Below are positions 1-11,972 of a stretch of DNA of 64,000 nt, one piece after another. Position numbers and translations under genes: made by a program. Numbering within the stretch: the first letter of the stretch is position 1; each line of letters starts with the position of its first letter. A model generated the notes under the pieces. The model searched no databases and had not been told where the DNA came from. It saw nothing but the letters and a program-made list of their open reading frames with translations. Source of the stretch: an uncultured Bacilli bacterium (lineage in GTDB: Bacteria > Bacillota_I > Bacilli_A > RF39 > UBA660); assembly GCA_910584085.1 (NCBI GenBank), contig CAJTZY010000003.1:1701-65700 (forward strand). The letters run 5' to 3'.

Positions 1-998
1 GATATAAGGCTATAGACGAATATGATGGAGATATAACAGATAAAGTTAAAAAGAATATTGACGGGCATGGAAATATTATATATGAAGTAAGCGATTCTAG
101 TGGCAATAAAACAAGTATAAAAAGAAAAATAGAAACAAAAGATAATGAATCACCCAAAATTAAACTTAAGGGTAATTCAACTATCTATATTAGATTAAAT
201 ACAAATTATCAGGATTATGGTTATGAAGTAACTGATAACTGTGATGACTTACCTAAAGTAGAGGTAATAAACAATTTAGATACTGCTAGACTCGGAACAT
301 ATACTATTACTTATAAAGCAATAGATTCATCAAATAATACTTCTAGTATTACTAGAAATATTATAGTATATGATGATAAAAAAGAAGGAATAGTTTATTT
401 AACATTTGATGATGGTCCAAGTGGTACAGGTTCAACTGAAAAAATATTAAATGTTTTAAAAAATCATGGGGTAAAAGCAACATTCTTTGTTACAAGTAAT
501 GGACCGGATTCTCTAATAACAAGAGCCTATAATGAGGGACATAAAATCGCACTTCACACAAGTACACATAAATATAGTTATGTATATGCAAGTGTTGATA
601 ATTATTTTGAAGATTTAAAAACCGTACAAAATAGAGTTTATAGATTAACTGGAGAATATTCTAAAATAATTAGATTTCCAGGAGGAAGTAATAATACAGT
701 AAGTAATAGATATTCAAATGGAATTATGGACATACTAACTAAAGAAGTAATAAAAGAGGGCTATTCATATTTTGATTGGAATGTTTCAAGTGGAGATGCA
801 GGTGAATGTTCAACACCAGAATGTGTATATAATAATGTTATAAATGGACTTTCTAAAAATAGAATTAATGTAATTTTGATGCACGATATTAAAATGTTTA
901 CGGCTGATGCACTAGATAACATAATAGAATATTGTAAACTAAATGGATATACATTTAAAGCTATAGATGAAACTACATATCCAGTAAGATTTAAATAA
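1..998 (+). CDS. polysaccharide deacetylase (CE4/NodB domain) preceded by Ig-like repeats; 5' end lies outside the window
   Basis: The frame starting at nt 3 is open from the window edge to the stop at 996-998. The translation has repeated Ig-like segments (YKAIDEYDGDIT..., TYTITYKAIDSSNN...). These are followed by IVYLTFDDGPSGTGSTEKILNVLKNHGVKATFFV and HKIALHTSTH, which are CE4 Asp-Asp and His-His motifs. Track ORF 726..998 is only the last Met-initiated part. Confidence 0.8.
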   Translation, partial: YKAIDEYDGDITDKVKKNIDGHGNIIYEVSDSSGNKTSIKRKIETKDNESPKIKLKGNSTIYIRLNTNYQDYGYEVTDNCDDLPKVEVINNLDTARLGTYTITYKAIDSSNNTSSITRNIIVYDDKKEGIVYLTFDDGPSGTGSTEKILNVLKNHGVKATFFVTSNGPDSLITRAYNEGHKIALHTSTHKYSYVYASVDNYFEDLKTVQNRVYRLTGEYSKIIRFPGGSNNTVSNRYSNGIMDILTKEVIKEGYSYFDWNVSSGDAGECSTPECVYNNVINGLSKNRINVILMHDIKMFTADALDNIIEYCKLNGYTFKAIDETTYPVRFK

Positions 999-1008
999 GG
1001 GAGGACAC

Positions 1009-1452
1009 ATGAAGAATATAATAGTTAATATAGAAAATAAATCAGATATATATGAAAAATATAATAATACTTTATCAAGGGATCTTATAAATTATTTAAT
1101 AAGAGAAAGTAAATTTGTACATGATAGTATAAAAATTACAATAAACACTAATATAAAACTAGATAATATAGAAACATTTATAAAAGATGGATTAAAAAAT
1201 ACTTATAATGAAACTAGAATAATTGATAGAGCCCATAATATTAAACAACTATTATTACTTCTTATTGGCACAATATTTTTAATAATCTCAACACTTACAT
1301 TTAACATTATAAAAGAAATAATAATAATTGCTGGATGGGTTGCTATATGGGAAGTTGTTGATATATCTTTAAATGTAGATAGCGAATTAAAACTAACTAG
1401 AAAACTTATAAAAAAGCTTATTAACTGTAAAATTGAAGTAAATGAAATATAA
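1009..1452 (+). CDS. hypothetical membrane protein
   Basis: ORF with SD gggagga 8 nt upstream of the ATG. Hydrophobic stretch LLLLLIGTIFLIISTLTFNIIKEIIIIAGWVAIWEVV. No family recognised. Confidence 0.5.
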   Translation: MKNIIVNIENKSDIYEKYNNTLSRDLINYLIRESKFVHDSIKITINTNIKLDNIETFIKDGLKNTYNETRIIDRAHNIKQLLLLLIGTIFLIISTLTFNIIKEIIIIAGWVAIWEVVDISLNVDSELKLTRKLIKKLINCKIEVNEI

Positions 1453-1488
1453 AATAAGTAAATATAAAAAAAATAATGATATAATAAA

Positions 1489-3214
<1,726 letters not shown>

Positions 3215-3423
3215 TTTTCTTTTAGTATTTATAAGAAACTATGATATATAATTTGATAAATTAATACTAAATATACAAAAATTAAAAAATTTAATAGTAA
3301 AAATAGCAGAAATTCTAAAAAATGACAACAAAAATTAAAATACTGCAAAAAAATATGCACAAAAAATAAAAAAAGTGATTTGAACATAAAATAGTAATAT
3401 GTTATAACCTTGTTGGTGATTAC

Positions 3424-4260
3424 ATGAACTATTTAAAAAATATAAAAGAATTAATAGAAAATGATATAGTATTAAGAAAGAAAAATAGAATATATGAAGA
3501 AAATCATAGATTAAATACATATTTTGAAATAGGAAGACTTATAGTAAATGCGCAAGGTGGAGAAAGAAGAGCAAAATATGGAAATGGACTTATAAAAGAG
3601 TGGAGTAATATATTAACCAAAGAATATGGTAAGGGATATGATATATCTAATTTAAAGAGAATGAGGCAATTATATTTAGTGTTTCAAAAAGGTGCTACAG
3701 TGTGGCACCAATTGACATGGAGTCATTTAAAATGCGTCTTAAGCTTAAACCCTATTTCGAAAATGAATTATTATATTAATTTATGTATAAAGCAAAATTT
3801 AAGTGTAAGGAATTTAGAAGAAAAAATAAAAAATGGAGAATATGAAAGATTAGAGTATAAAGAAAATATAGAACTTATAGATGAAAAGCAAGAATTAACA
3901 ATAAAAGATATGATAAAAAAACCAATACTTATAAAAACTGATAAAAGAGTTGATAAGCTAAGTGAGAAGGCTTTAAAAAGGTTTATCTTAGAAAAAATAG
4001 AAGAATTTTTAATAGAACTTGGTGTAGGATTTGCATTTATAGGTAGTGAGTATAAACTATGGAACTATAGATGTGACTTATTATTTTTTAATACGGAATT
4101 AACTTGTTATACAGTTATAGAATTAAAGATAAGAAAGTTAAAACCATCTGATATAGGACAAATAAAATACTATATGAATTACATAGATAAAAATATGAAA
4201 AAGGATTATATGAATAAGACAATAGGTATTATACTATGCAGGGAAGATAATGAGAAGTAG
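3424..4260 (+). CDS. PDDEXK-nuclease-domain protein, YhcG/DUF1016 family
   Basis: The N-terminal segment (NTYFEIGRLIV...RAKYGNGLIKEWSNILTKEYGKGYDISNLKRMRQLYLVF) and the C-terminal restriction-endonuclease-like core (CDLLFFNTELTCYTVIELKIRKLKPSDIGQIKYYMNY) are typical of DUF1016 proteins. This is recalled from memory. Confidence 0.7.
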   Translation: MNYLKNIKELIENDIVLRKKNRIYEENHRLNTYFEIGRLIVNAQGGERRAKYGNGLIKEWSNILTKEYGKGYDISNLKRMRQLYLVFQKGATVWHQLTWSHLKCVLSLNPISKMNYYINLCIKQNLSVRNLEEKIKNGEYERLEYKENIELIDEKQELTIKDMIKKPILIKTDKRVDKLSEKALKRFILEKIEEFLIELGVGFAFIGSEYKLWNYRCDLLFFNTELTCYTVIELKIRKLKPSDIGQIKYYMNYIDKNMKKDYMNKTIGIILCREDNEK

Positions 4261-4365
4261 TAAAATATGTAACGGATGAGAGAGTACTTATGACAACCTA
4301 TAATCTAATTAATTCATAAATTTATCACATTTATTTAAAATTTATCATATTTATTTATAAAAAAT

Positions 4366-4373
4366 TGTATAAT
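4366..4373 (+). promoter_or_regulatory. extended -10 promoter element (tgtataat)
   Basis: TGnTATAAT match 19 nt upstream of ATG 4392. It overlaps the TTG that the ORF track used as a start. Confidence 0.45.
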
Positions 4374-4391
4374 ATTAGTGTAGGTGATTAT

Positions 4392-5759
4392 ATGAATAAA
4401 AAAACAATACTCTGTGTAGCAGGACTTATTATATTAATTATAACTTTGGGATTTATAATCTCATCAAATAAAGAAAAAACAGTAGAAACAAACAAGATAG
4501 AAGCTACAGTTTTAAGCCTAGAGGATGGACTTTTAATTATCCAAAGTAATGATAATATTATTTACACATTTAAGGAAGAAACTGTAAATTTAGTTGTAGG
4601 TGATTCTATAGTTTTAGAATATTCAGGATTACTTGATAGAAATAAATCTATTCAAGATGGTGAAGTAATAAGTTATAAAACCATAGAGAAGACTACAAAA
4701 GAAAATGGAATTCCTAATGTATATGATGATAATGGAATTTTCAGCACGTACTATGTTCTAGCTAATAACAAATTAAAGGAATTAACACTCGATGAAAAAA
4801 TAGGTCAAATACTTTTAGTTCGTTATCCAGATAGTGGAGCTATTACTGACTTGAAAAAATATAATTTTGGAGGATTTGTTTTCTTTGAAAAAGACTTTAA
4901 AAATAAGACAAAAGAGCAAGTATTATCTATGATAAATGAACTCCAAAAAAATTCTAAAATTCCACTTTTAACAGCAGTAGATGAAGAGGGAGGTAAAGTA
5001 GTTAGAGTTAGTAGTAACCCTAACTTAGCAAGTTCTCCATTTAAATCTTCAAGTGAATTATATAAAGATGGTGGATTTGATTTAATAAGAAAAGACACAA
5101 AAGAAAAAAGTGCTTTACTAAAAAGTTTAGACCTCAATGTTAATTTAGCGCCTGTTGTCGATGTATCAACTGATCCTAATGATTATATGTATCCAAGAAC
5201 AATAGGTGAGAATACTTCCATTACAAGTACATTTGCAAAAACTGTTATTGAAGCTAGTAAAGGAACTGGAGTTTCATATACTTTAAAACATTTTCCAGGA
5301 TACGGAAATAATAAAGATACTCATACAGGAAGTTCAATTGATTCAAGAACCTATGATGATATTATTTCAAAAGATATTCCACCTTTTAAGGCAGGAATAG
5401 AGGCAGGTGCTGAAGCAATACTTGTAAGTCATAATATAGTTAGCAGCATAGATCCAGACAATCCTGCATCACTTTCTCCAAGTATACATAATCTACTTAG
5501 AAATGAGTTAGATTTTACTGGAATTATTATGACAGATGATATATCTATGGGAGCAACTTCATCACTAAGTGATATTGCAGTTAAAGCAGTTTTAGCTGGA
5601 AATGATTTAATCATAACAACGGATTATGAACAAAGCTTTAACGAAATAAAAAGTGCTATAAATAATGGAATAATTAGTGAAGAACAAATTAATAAATTAG
5701 CATTTAGAGTTATTGCTTGGAAATACTATAAAGGACTTATGATAGAAAATAGTAAATAA
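4392..5759 (+). CDS. glycoside hydrolase family 3 N-terminal domain protein (beta-N-acetylhexosaminidase-like), membrane-anchored
   Basis: SD aggtga precedes ATG 4392. There is an N-terminal TM/signal segment. GH3 motifs present are IGQILLVRY, VDEEGGKVVR and KHFPGYGNNKDTH. Confidence 0.8.
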   Translation: MNKKTILCVAGLIILIITLGFIISSNKEKTVETNKIEATVLSLEDGLLIIQSNDNIIYTFKEETVNLVVGDSIVLEYSGLLDRNKSIQDGEVISYKTIEKTTKENGIPNVYDDNGIFSTYYVLANNKLKELTLDEKIGQILLVRYPDSGAITDLKKYNFGGFVFFEKDFKNKTKEQVLSMINELQKNSKIPLLTAVDEEGGKVVRVSSNPNLASSPFKSSSELYKDGGFDLIRKDTKEKSALLKSLDLNVNLAPVVDVSTDPNDYMYPRTIGENTSITSTFAKTVIEASKGTGVSYTLKHFPGYGNNKDTHTGSSIDSRTYDDIISKDIPPFKAGIEAGAEAILVSHNIVSSIDPDNPASLSPSIHNLLRNELDFTGIIMTDDISMGATSSLSDIAVKAVLAGNDLIITTDYEQSFNEIKSAINNGIISEEQINKLAFRVIAWKYYKGLMIENSK

Positions 5760-5794
5760 AATTAAACGTGGAATCAGGTATTTATAATGATTTT

Positions 5795-5845
5795 ATAACA
5801 CAAAAGGATAGTAAAAAAATACTATCCTTTTGTGTTATAAAAAAT
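5795..5845 (+). terminator. Rho-independent terminator
   Basis: A ~17-19 bp perfect stem pairs ataacacaaaaggatagta with tactatccttttgtgttat. An A/T-rich tail follows. Confidence 0.85.
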
Positions 5846-5881
5846 CGATATGCATGATATAATTAATAAAAGAGGTGTTTT

Positions 5882-6634
5882 ATGAATTTTTTGGGTATTA
5901 TTTTAGGAACAATTATAGGAATAATAATTTTTTTAGGACTTATTGTATTTATAATTTATATGAAAATAAAAAAATTTGGTAGCGATTTAGGATTTGGTAA
6001 CATAAATGAACTAAAATCATTAATAAAAAATGGCGAATATGAAGCAAAATATAATCATAAAAATGCGACAGGAATGACTAAATTATTACTTCCTAAAATA
6101 GTAAAAGATTTTCCTAATTTTAGTGAAAGTGAGTTATATAATAAAGTTGAGGTAAGTTTACTTGCTATATTTAAATCACTAGAAGATAAAAAGGTTAGTA
6201 ATGTAGATGAATTAACACTTATTAAAGGTAATTTAAAAGAAATAATAGATGACCATAAACAAAATAAAATAAGTGTTTTATATGATGATACTAAATTTCA
6301 CGCACATGCAATTAAATATTATAAAAAAACTCCAGGAGCCCTTAACATAACTGTTTCAACCTCACTAGAGTATTTTTATGAAAAAAGTATTGATAAAAAA
6401 GTAGTAGTAAAAAAAGAAAATTATAAAAAACAAACTTCATATACAACAGAATTTATATATATATATGATCCTGAAAAATATGATTCAAAACAAAACCTAA
6501 TTGGGGTTAATTGTCCAAATTGTGGCGCACCTGTAAAAAGTTTAAGTGCGAAAGTATGTGCATATTGTAATTCAGGACTTGAAGACATTAATTTAAAACA
6601 TTGGTATATTAGCTCATATAAAGAAAATTATTAA
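5882..6634 (+). CDS. hypothetical membrane-anchored protein with C-terminal zinc-ribbon
   Basis: N-terminal TM helix. The C-terminus has CPNCGAPV...CAYCNS, a CxxC...CxxC motif. Confidence 0.5.
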   Translation: MNFLGIILGTIIGIIIFLGLIVFIIYMKIKKFGSDLGFGNINELKSLIKNGEYEAKYNHKNATGMTKLLLPKIVKDFPNFSESELYNKVEVSLLAIFKSLEDKKVSNVDELTLIKGNLKEIIDDHKQNKISVLYDDTKFHAHAIKYYKKTPGALNITVSTSLEYFYEKSIDKKVVVKKENYKKQTSYTTEFIYIYDPEKYDSKQNLIGVNCPNCGAPVKSLSAKVCAYCNSGLEDINLKHWYISSYKENY

Positions 6635-6642
6635 CATTTAAA

Positions 6643-6681
6643 AAAGAATAAATTTACTTCATAGTTTATTCTTTCTTTTTT
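6643..6681 (+). terminator. Rho-independent terminator
   Basis: A 10-bp stem pairs aaagaataaa with tttattcttt. It is followed by cTTTTTT. Confidence 0.8.
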
Positions 6682-6723
6682 CTATGTTATAATTAATGTA
6701 TATATAAAATTAGGAAGTGAATT

Positions 6724-7410
6724 ATGTTGTTTTTTAAGTTTTTATTTATATTTTGCTTATTTTCAACAGTAGGTTGGGTAATAGAATTAGTATATAGAAG
6801 TATAAGTATGAAAAAACTTGTGAATCCAGGATTTATGAGTGGTTGTGTACTTCCAATTTATGGATTTGGAACAATTATTATGTATATAATATGTAATATA
6901 TTTTCAAAGATGAATTTTAATTTGAAAATACTTCCAATATTTATATTATCATTCATCTTTTTAAGTTTACTTGAGTTTGTAGCTGGGTACTTCTTATTAA
7001 AAATATTTCATATTAGATTATGGGATTATTCAAATAAGAAATTTAATTATGAAGGATTTATCTGCTTAGAATTTTCTAATTATTGGGGGCTTTTATCGCT
7101 CATTTTTTACCTTTTTATATATCCTTGGCTAAATGATTTTACAACTAATTTTGTAAATAACAATATTTGTTTATTTATACTTGGAATGTATTTTGGAATA
7201 TTCCTAATAGATTTATGTGCTTCTATTAACCTTTTAAATAAATTGACTAAGTATGCGAATATTGTAAAAGATACAATTGATGTAGAAAGACTAAAATTAG
7301 AGGCAAGAAGAAAAGCTAGTAGAAAGAAATTTTTAAATGCAATATATCCATATATTTCTACCAATAAATTTTTGAAAGATAAAATAAAAAATGATAAAAT
7401 AGATAAGTGA
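6724..7410 (+). CDS. polytopic membrane protein (resembles the 'putative ABC-transporter type IV'/DUF1113 family)
   Basis: Multiple TM helices. The N-terminal TVGWVIELVYRSI motif is recalled from that family. Confidence 0.5.
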   Translation: MLFFKFLFIFCLFSTVGWVIELVYRSISMKKLVNPGFMSGCVLPIYGFGTIIMYIICNIFSKMNFNLKILPIFILSFIFLSLLEFVAGYFLLKIFHIRLWDYSNKKFNYEGFICLEFSNYWGLLSLIFYLFIYPWLNDFTTNFVNNNICLFILGMYFGIFLIDLCASINLLNKLTKYANIVKDTIDVERLKLEARRKASRKKFLNAIYPYISTNKFLKDKIKNDKIDK

Positions 7411-7419
7411 TGATGTTTT

Positions 7420-8055
7420 ATGATATACGAATTAGATGGAATAAAGTACGATGTGGTAATAGAAAAAAAGAATAATAAAAATTTATATATAAGAGTTAAG
7501 AGTGATATGAAAATTCATGTTACATGTAATTACTTTGTTAGTAAAGGTATGATAAAAAAAGTATTAGATGAAAATGAGAATGCTTTACGAAAAATGGTAA
7601 AACAAATTAATAGGGGGATTGAAAAAAATAACAAATTCTTTTATTTAGGACATGAATATGATATAATTATTAGTGAAGATATAAATGAAGTAAAAATAAT
7701 AGATAATAAAATATTTGCTAAAAATGAAAAAATGTTAAATAAGTGGTACAACAATGAAATTATTAGAATATTTGATGAAAGATACGTCTATGTATTTAAT
7801 CACTTTAAAGAAAATGTAAAATCCCCAATACTTAAAATTAGGAATATGAAAACGCGTTGGGGTGTATACAATAGAAAAAATCATACGATAACCTTGAACT
7901 CTAGATTGATAGAATTTGATATATCAAAAATAGATTATGTTATAATACATGAACTTTCTCACATATTACATTTTAATCACTCTAAAGAATTTTGGGGTGT
8001 TGTTAGTAAATATTGTAATAATTATAAAGAAATAAGAAAAGAGATGAGAGAATAA
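7420..8055 (+). CDS. YgjP/DUF45-type (M48-like) metal-dependent hydrolase
   Basis: C-terminal HELSHILHFNHSKEFW (HExxH...H...FW) is typical of DUF45. Confidence 0.8.
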   Translation: MIYELDGIKYDVVIEKKNNKNLYIRVKSDMKIHVTCNYFVSKGMIKKVLDENENALRKMVKQINRGIEKNNKFFYLGHEYDIIISEDINEVKIIDNKIFAKNEKMLNKWYNNEIIRIFDERYVYVFNHFKENVKSPILKIRNMKTRWGVYNRKNHTITLNSRLIEFDISKIDYVIIHELSHILHFNHSKEFWGVVSKYCNNYKEIRKEMRE

Positions 8056-8058
8056 ATT

Positions 8059-9273
8059 ATGAAGTATTTAAAAAAAATTATTTGTTTAATTTTATTAATT
8101 ACAATTCTTTTAATTAAAAATAATAATGTTCAGGCTAAAACACTTGGACAGTTTAAAAGTGAATTAGAAGAAACAGAAACAAAATTAAAAAATAATCAAA
8201 TTGAAAAAGCAGAGACAGAGGAGGAAATAGCAAACACTAAAGAAAGAATAAACGAATTAAATAGAGAAAAAGTTAGAATTCATGATGAAATGGATAAACT
8301 AAATGAGGAAATAGAAACCCTTACTGCTGATATTGAAAAAATGCAAAAAGAGATTAAATCCATCATGAATTATTATCAATTATCAAGTTCAAATTCAATT
8401 TATCTAGAATATGTATTTAATGCCTCTAGTCTTACAGATTTTATTTATAGATTAGCGGTTACAGAACAACTTAGTGTATATAGAAAAAATACTATTGATA
8501 AGTATAACAAATTAATAGAAGAAATGAAACAAAAAATATCTGATTTAGCAGCAAGACAAGTCGCACTTAATAAACTTGAAGTAGAACTTTCTAATGAACT
8601 TGCAAAACTAGGTAATAATTTAGAAAGTATTTCAGAAGCTGCTATTGATATTCAAGATGAAATTAAAGATTTAAAATCAAAAATTAAATTATATGAGGAA
8701 ACATACAAATGTAAAGACAGTGAAGAAATATCTGCTTGTGAAGATAGATATTATCAAAGTTTAAATGGTTCTGGATCAATGCCATCTGCATATGGATTTT
8801 ATAGACCGGTAACATCAGGTAGAATAAATGCAAATTATGGATATTCAGATATTTATGGTTCCGCATATCACTACGGAATAGATATAGGTGTATCTCATGG
8901 AACCCCAGTCTATTCAATTGCAAATGGTCAAGTAGTTAAGGTAACATATAGATCTAGTTGTGGTGGGAATATGGTATATATCGCACATATAGTTAATGGT
9001 GTAAAATATACATCTGGCTATTTCCATCTATCATCTATAAATGTTAAAGAGGGGCAAATTGTAACTTATGATACACTTATAGGATATTCAGGTGGAGCTC
9101 CTTGGATTGAATATTGGGATAAATGTTCTACAGGTGCACATCTTCATCTTCAAATGGGAACAGGATTGTATACAAAAGATTACTTATGGTATTCTAATTT
9201 CCAAGCTCGTTCATTTAACCCAAGAAATATATTAAATTTCCCAGGATGGGGAGAATGGTTCTCTGGCAGATAA
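8059..9273 (+). CDS. M23/LytM-family peptidoglycan endopeptidase with N-terminal coiled coil
   Basis: A signal peptide is followed by a long heptad-rich region. The M23 motifs are HYGIDIG and GAHLHLQ. Confidence 0.8.
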   Translation: MKYLKKIICLILLITILLIKNNNVQAKTLGQFKSELEETETKLKNNQIEKAETEEEIANTKERINELNREKVRIHDEMDKLNEEIETLTADIEKMQKEIKSIMNYYQLSSSNSIYLEYVFNASSLTDFIYRLAVTEQLSVYRKNTIDKYNKLIEEMKQKISDLAARQVALNKLEVELSNELAKLGNNLESISEAAIDIQDEIKDLKSKIKLYEETYKCKDSEEISACEDRYYQSLNGSGSMPSAYGFYRPVTSGRINANYGYSDIYGSAYHYGIDIGVSHGTPVYSIANGQVVKVTYRSSCGGNMVYIAHIVNGVKYTSGYFHLSSINVKEGQIVTYDTLIGYSGGAPWIEYWDKCSTGAHLHLQMGTGLYTKDYLWYSNFQARSFNPRNILNFPGWGEWFSGR

Positions 9274-9293
9274 ATATCGACAAAAAAACATAG

Positions 9294-9327
9294 TCATCAC
9301 TATTAAAATAATAGTGGTGATTTTTTT
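9294..9327 (+). terminator. Rho-independent terminator
   Basis: An 11-bp stem (one G-U) pairs tcatcactatt with aatagtggtga. It is followed by T7. Confidence 0.8.
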
Positions 9328-9498
9328 ATGAAAGTAAAATTATTTGATGAATCTCATGAATTAGATTTAGAAAAAAGTATTAATAATTTTTTAAGCAATA
9401 ATGATGTAGACTTACTAGACATAAAATATGAGGTTGCGGTAACTATTTGTGGTGAAGAACAGATATATTGTTTTAGTGCGATGATAATATATAGGTAA
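9328..9498 (+). CDS. Cse60-family small sporulation protein (56 aa; not in the ORF track)
   Basis: Hand translation gives MKVKLFDESHELDLEKSINNFLSNNDVDLLDIKYEVAVTICGEEQIYCFSAMIIYR*. The pattern KVKLFDE.HE.DLE..IN.FL...DIKY.V......IYCFSA.IIYR matches my memory of Cse60/YteV. Confidence 0.55.
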   Translation: MKVKLFDESHELDLEKSINNFLSNNDVDLLDIKYEVAVTICGEEQIYCFSAMIIYR

Positions 9499-9559
9499 AA
9501 TTGAATAAATTAAAAAATTTTTGATTATTATAATCATAGAATATTAGAGGAGGGATATC

Positions 9560-11866
9560 ATGTATAATAGTTTTACTGAAGACGCAAGAAGAATACTTAT
9601 AAGTGCTAAAGAAGAGATGAAAAAATTAAAACATCCTTATGTAGGTAGTGAACATTTAATGCTTGCTATATTAAGGGATAAAAATGAAATAAGTGATAGA
9701 TTAAAGGATTATGAATTAGACTATGATAGATTAAGACATGAGATAATTGATATAGTAGGAATTGGCAGTAAAGAAGTAGAATGTTTTTTATACACTCCAC
9801 TTTTAAAAAGAGTTATGGAAAATGCAATTTATGATAGTAAGGAAAATAATAATGGTAAAGTAACAATATCACATTTATTTTCATCACTTTTAGAAGAAGG
9901 TGAAGGAATTGCTATTAGAATTCTCATTGGAATGGATATAGATATAGATGATTTATATCAGGAATTTGCGTTTAAATTTCATACAAAAAAAACTAAAAAT
10001 AAAAAATTGTTAATAGATGAACTCGGTATAGATCTAACAAAAAAGGCTAAAGAAGGTGTCCTGGATTCAGTAGTCGGTAGAGATGATGAAATAAAAATGG
10101 TTATTGAAATATTATGCAGAAGGAAGAAAAATAACCCTATACTAATTGGAGAAGCAGGAGTTGGAAAAACTGCAATAGTAGAAGAACTTAGTAGACTTAT
10201 AAATCTAGGTGAAGTTCCAAATGCACTAAAAAATAAAAGAATAATAAGTTTAGATATGTCATCCACTGTGGCAGGAACTAAATATAGAGGAGAGTTTGAA
10301 GAAAGGGTAAATAAAATATTAAAAGAATTAGAAGAAAATGAGGATATAATTTTATTTATAGATGAAATACATACACTAGTTGGTGCAGGAGGCGCAGAGG
10401 GGGCAATAGATGCATCTAATATATTTAAACCTGCTTTAGCTAGAAATAAAATGAGATGTATAGGTGCCACAACAACCATGGAATATAAAAAATTTATAAC
10501 AAGTGATAAGGCACTCGATAGAAGATTTCAAAAAGTAGAAGTAAATGTACCTAATAAAAGTGCAGTAAAGCAAATACTACTAAATGCAAGAGATACTTAT
10601 TCAAACTTCCACAAAGCCCTAATTTCTGATGAAATAATAGATTATATTATTGAATTATCAGATAAATATATAAAAAACAGATATGAACCAGATAAATCTA
10701 TAGATATATTAGATGAGGTATGTGCACATGTATCACTAAAAGAAAACAGCAAATTAAAAAAGTATAATACTCTAACTAAAAAATTAAATGAGATATTGAA
10801 AACTAAAAAAAGTTATTTACTAAAAAAGGACTATGATAAAGCATCTTTGTATAAAGAAGAAGAAAATAGATTAATGACAAAAATAAATAAACTAGAATTA
10901 GAACTTTCAAAAGAAAAAACCAATGTAGTAACTAAAGATGATGTAATAAATGTTGTAAGTAGAAAAAGTAATGTACCAATATATGAATTAAAAGATTTTA
11001 ATATAGATGATATAAATCGATTTGAAAAAGAGTTAAAACAAAAAATAATAGGTCATGATAAAATAATAGATGAATTAGTAAAAGTGTATAAAAAACTTAA
11101 ACTGGGACTTAAAGATGATAATATGTGTTATTCAATGATGTTTGTTGGACCTAGTGGAGTTGGAAAAACAGAACTTGCTAAGCTTTTTTCAAAAAAAATA
11201 GTTAATAACGTTATAAAACTTGATATGAGTGAATTTAGCGAACCACACCAAATAAGTAAACTGATAGGATCTCCTGCAGGATATGTAGGATATAATGACA
11301 ATAAAAATATACTAGAAAGTGTTAAAGATAATCCTTTTTCAATACTTATATTAGATGAAATAGAAAAAGCAAACCCTAGTATAATTAATCTTCTATATCA
11401 GATACTAGACGATGGTAAATTAAAAGATTCTAAGGGGGAAGATATATATTTCAATAACTCAATGATTATAATGACATCAAATATAGGGTTTAATAAGCAA
11501 AATATAGGATTTAATAGTGATAACAAGATAAATAATGAATTAAAAGATAACTTTAGTATACCTTTTATAAATAGAATAGATAATATATTCACCTTTAACT
11601 ATTTAAATGAATATGATATAAGATATATTATAAATAATAAACTAAAAAAATTAAGAGATAAATATAAAAATAAAAATGTTTCAGTTAAAATAAGTAATAC
11701 GGTAATAGACGATATAGTTAAATTATCTAATTATCATGAATTTGGAGCCAGAAAAATAGAAAAAATAATAAAAAATAATATAGAAAGTATAATTATAAAT
11801 GAAATACTAAATGATAAAAAAATAGTAAATATAAAAAATATAGATAATAGTGTAGTAAAAAGCTAG
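9560..11866 (+). CDS. clpC: class I Clp/Hsp100 AAA+ ATPase, ClpC-like
   Basis: N-terminal Clp_N repeat (GSEHLMLAIL). Two Walker A motifs, GEAGVGKTA and GPSGVGKTE. A short middle/UVR-like motif (KKDYDKASLYKEEEN). SD ggaggg precedes the ATG. Confidence 0.75.
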   Translation: MYNSFTEDARRILISAKEEMKKLKHPYVGSEHLMLAILRDKNEISDRLKDYELDYDRLRHEIIDIVGIGSKEVECFLYTPLLKRVMENAIYDSKENNNGKVTISHLFSSLLEEGEGIAIRILIGMDIDIDDLYQEFAFKFHTKKTKNKKLLIDELGIDLTKKAKEGVLDSVVGRDDEIKMVIEILCRRKKNNPILIGEAGVGKTAIVEELSRLINLGEVPNALKNKRIISLDMSSTVAGTKYRGEFEERVNKILKELEENEDIILFIDEIHTLVGAGGAEGAIDASNIFKPALARNKMRCIGATTTMEYKKFITSDKALDRRFQKVEVNVPNKSAVKQILLNARDTYSNFHKALISDEIIDYIIELSDKYIKNRYEPDKSIDILDEVCAHVSLKENSKLKKYNTLTKKLNEILKTKKSYLLKKDYDKASLYKEEENRLMTKINKLELELSKEKTNVVTKDDVINVVSRKSNVPIYELKDFNIDDINRFEKELKQKIIGHDKIIDELVKVYKKLKLGLKDDNMCYSMMFVGPSGVGKTELAKLFSKKIVNNVIKLDMSEFSEPHQISKLIGSPAGYVGYNDNKNILESVKDNPFSILILDEIEKANPSIINLLYQILDDGKLKDSKGEDIYFNNSMIIMTSNIGFNKQNIGFNSDNKINNELKDNFSIPFINRIDNIFTFNYLNEYDIRYIINNKLKKLRDKYKNKNVSVKISNTVIDDIVKLSNYHEFGARKIEKIIKNNIESIIINEILNDKKIVNIKNIDNSVVKS

Positions 11867-11897
11867 TTTAATAATTTAATGTTATTAAACTTTTTTT
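11866..11897 (+). terminator. Rho-independent terminator
   Basis: A 9-bp stem pairs gtttaataa with ttattaaac. It is followed by T7. Confidence 0.75.
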
Positions 11898-11945
11898 ATT
11901 TAAAACGACAAAAAAAACAAAAATACTTTCCTTTTTTTTAAAATA

Positions 11946-11954
11946 TGTTATAAT
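11946..11954 (+). promoter_or_regulatory. extended -10 element (tgttataat)
   Basis: TGnTATAAT match 19 nt upstream of ATG 11973. Confidence 0.45.
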
Positions 11955-11972
11955 TAATATTAGGGTGATACT

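Noticed and set aside
9499-9559. CtsR operator (GGTCAAA-N3-GGTCAAA) upstream of the clpC-like gene
   Set aside because: No GGTCAAA heptads are present in the upstream region, and no ctsR/mcsA/mcsB genes precede it.
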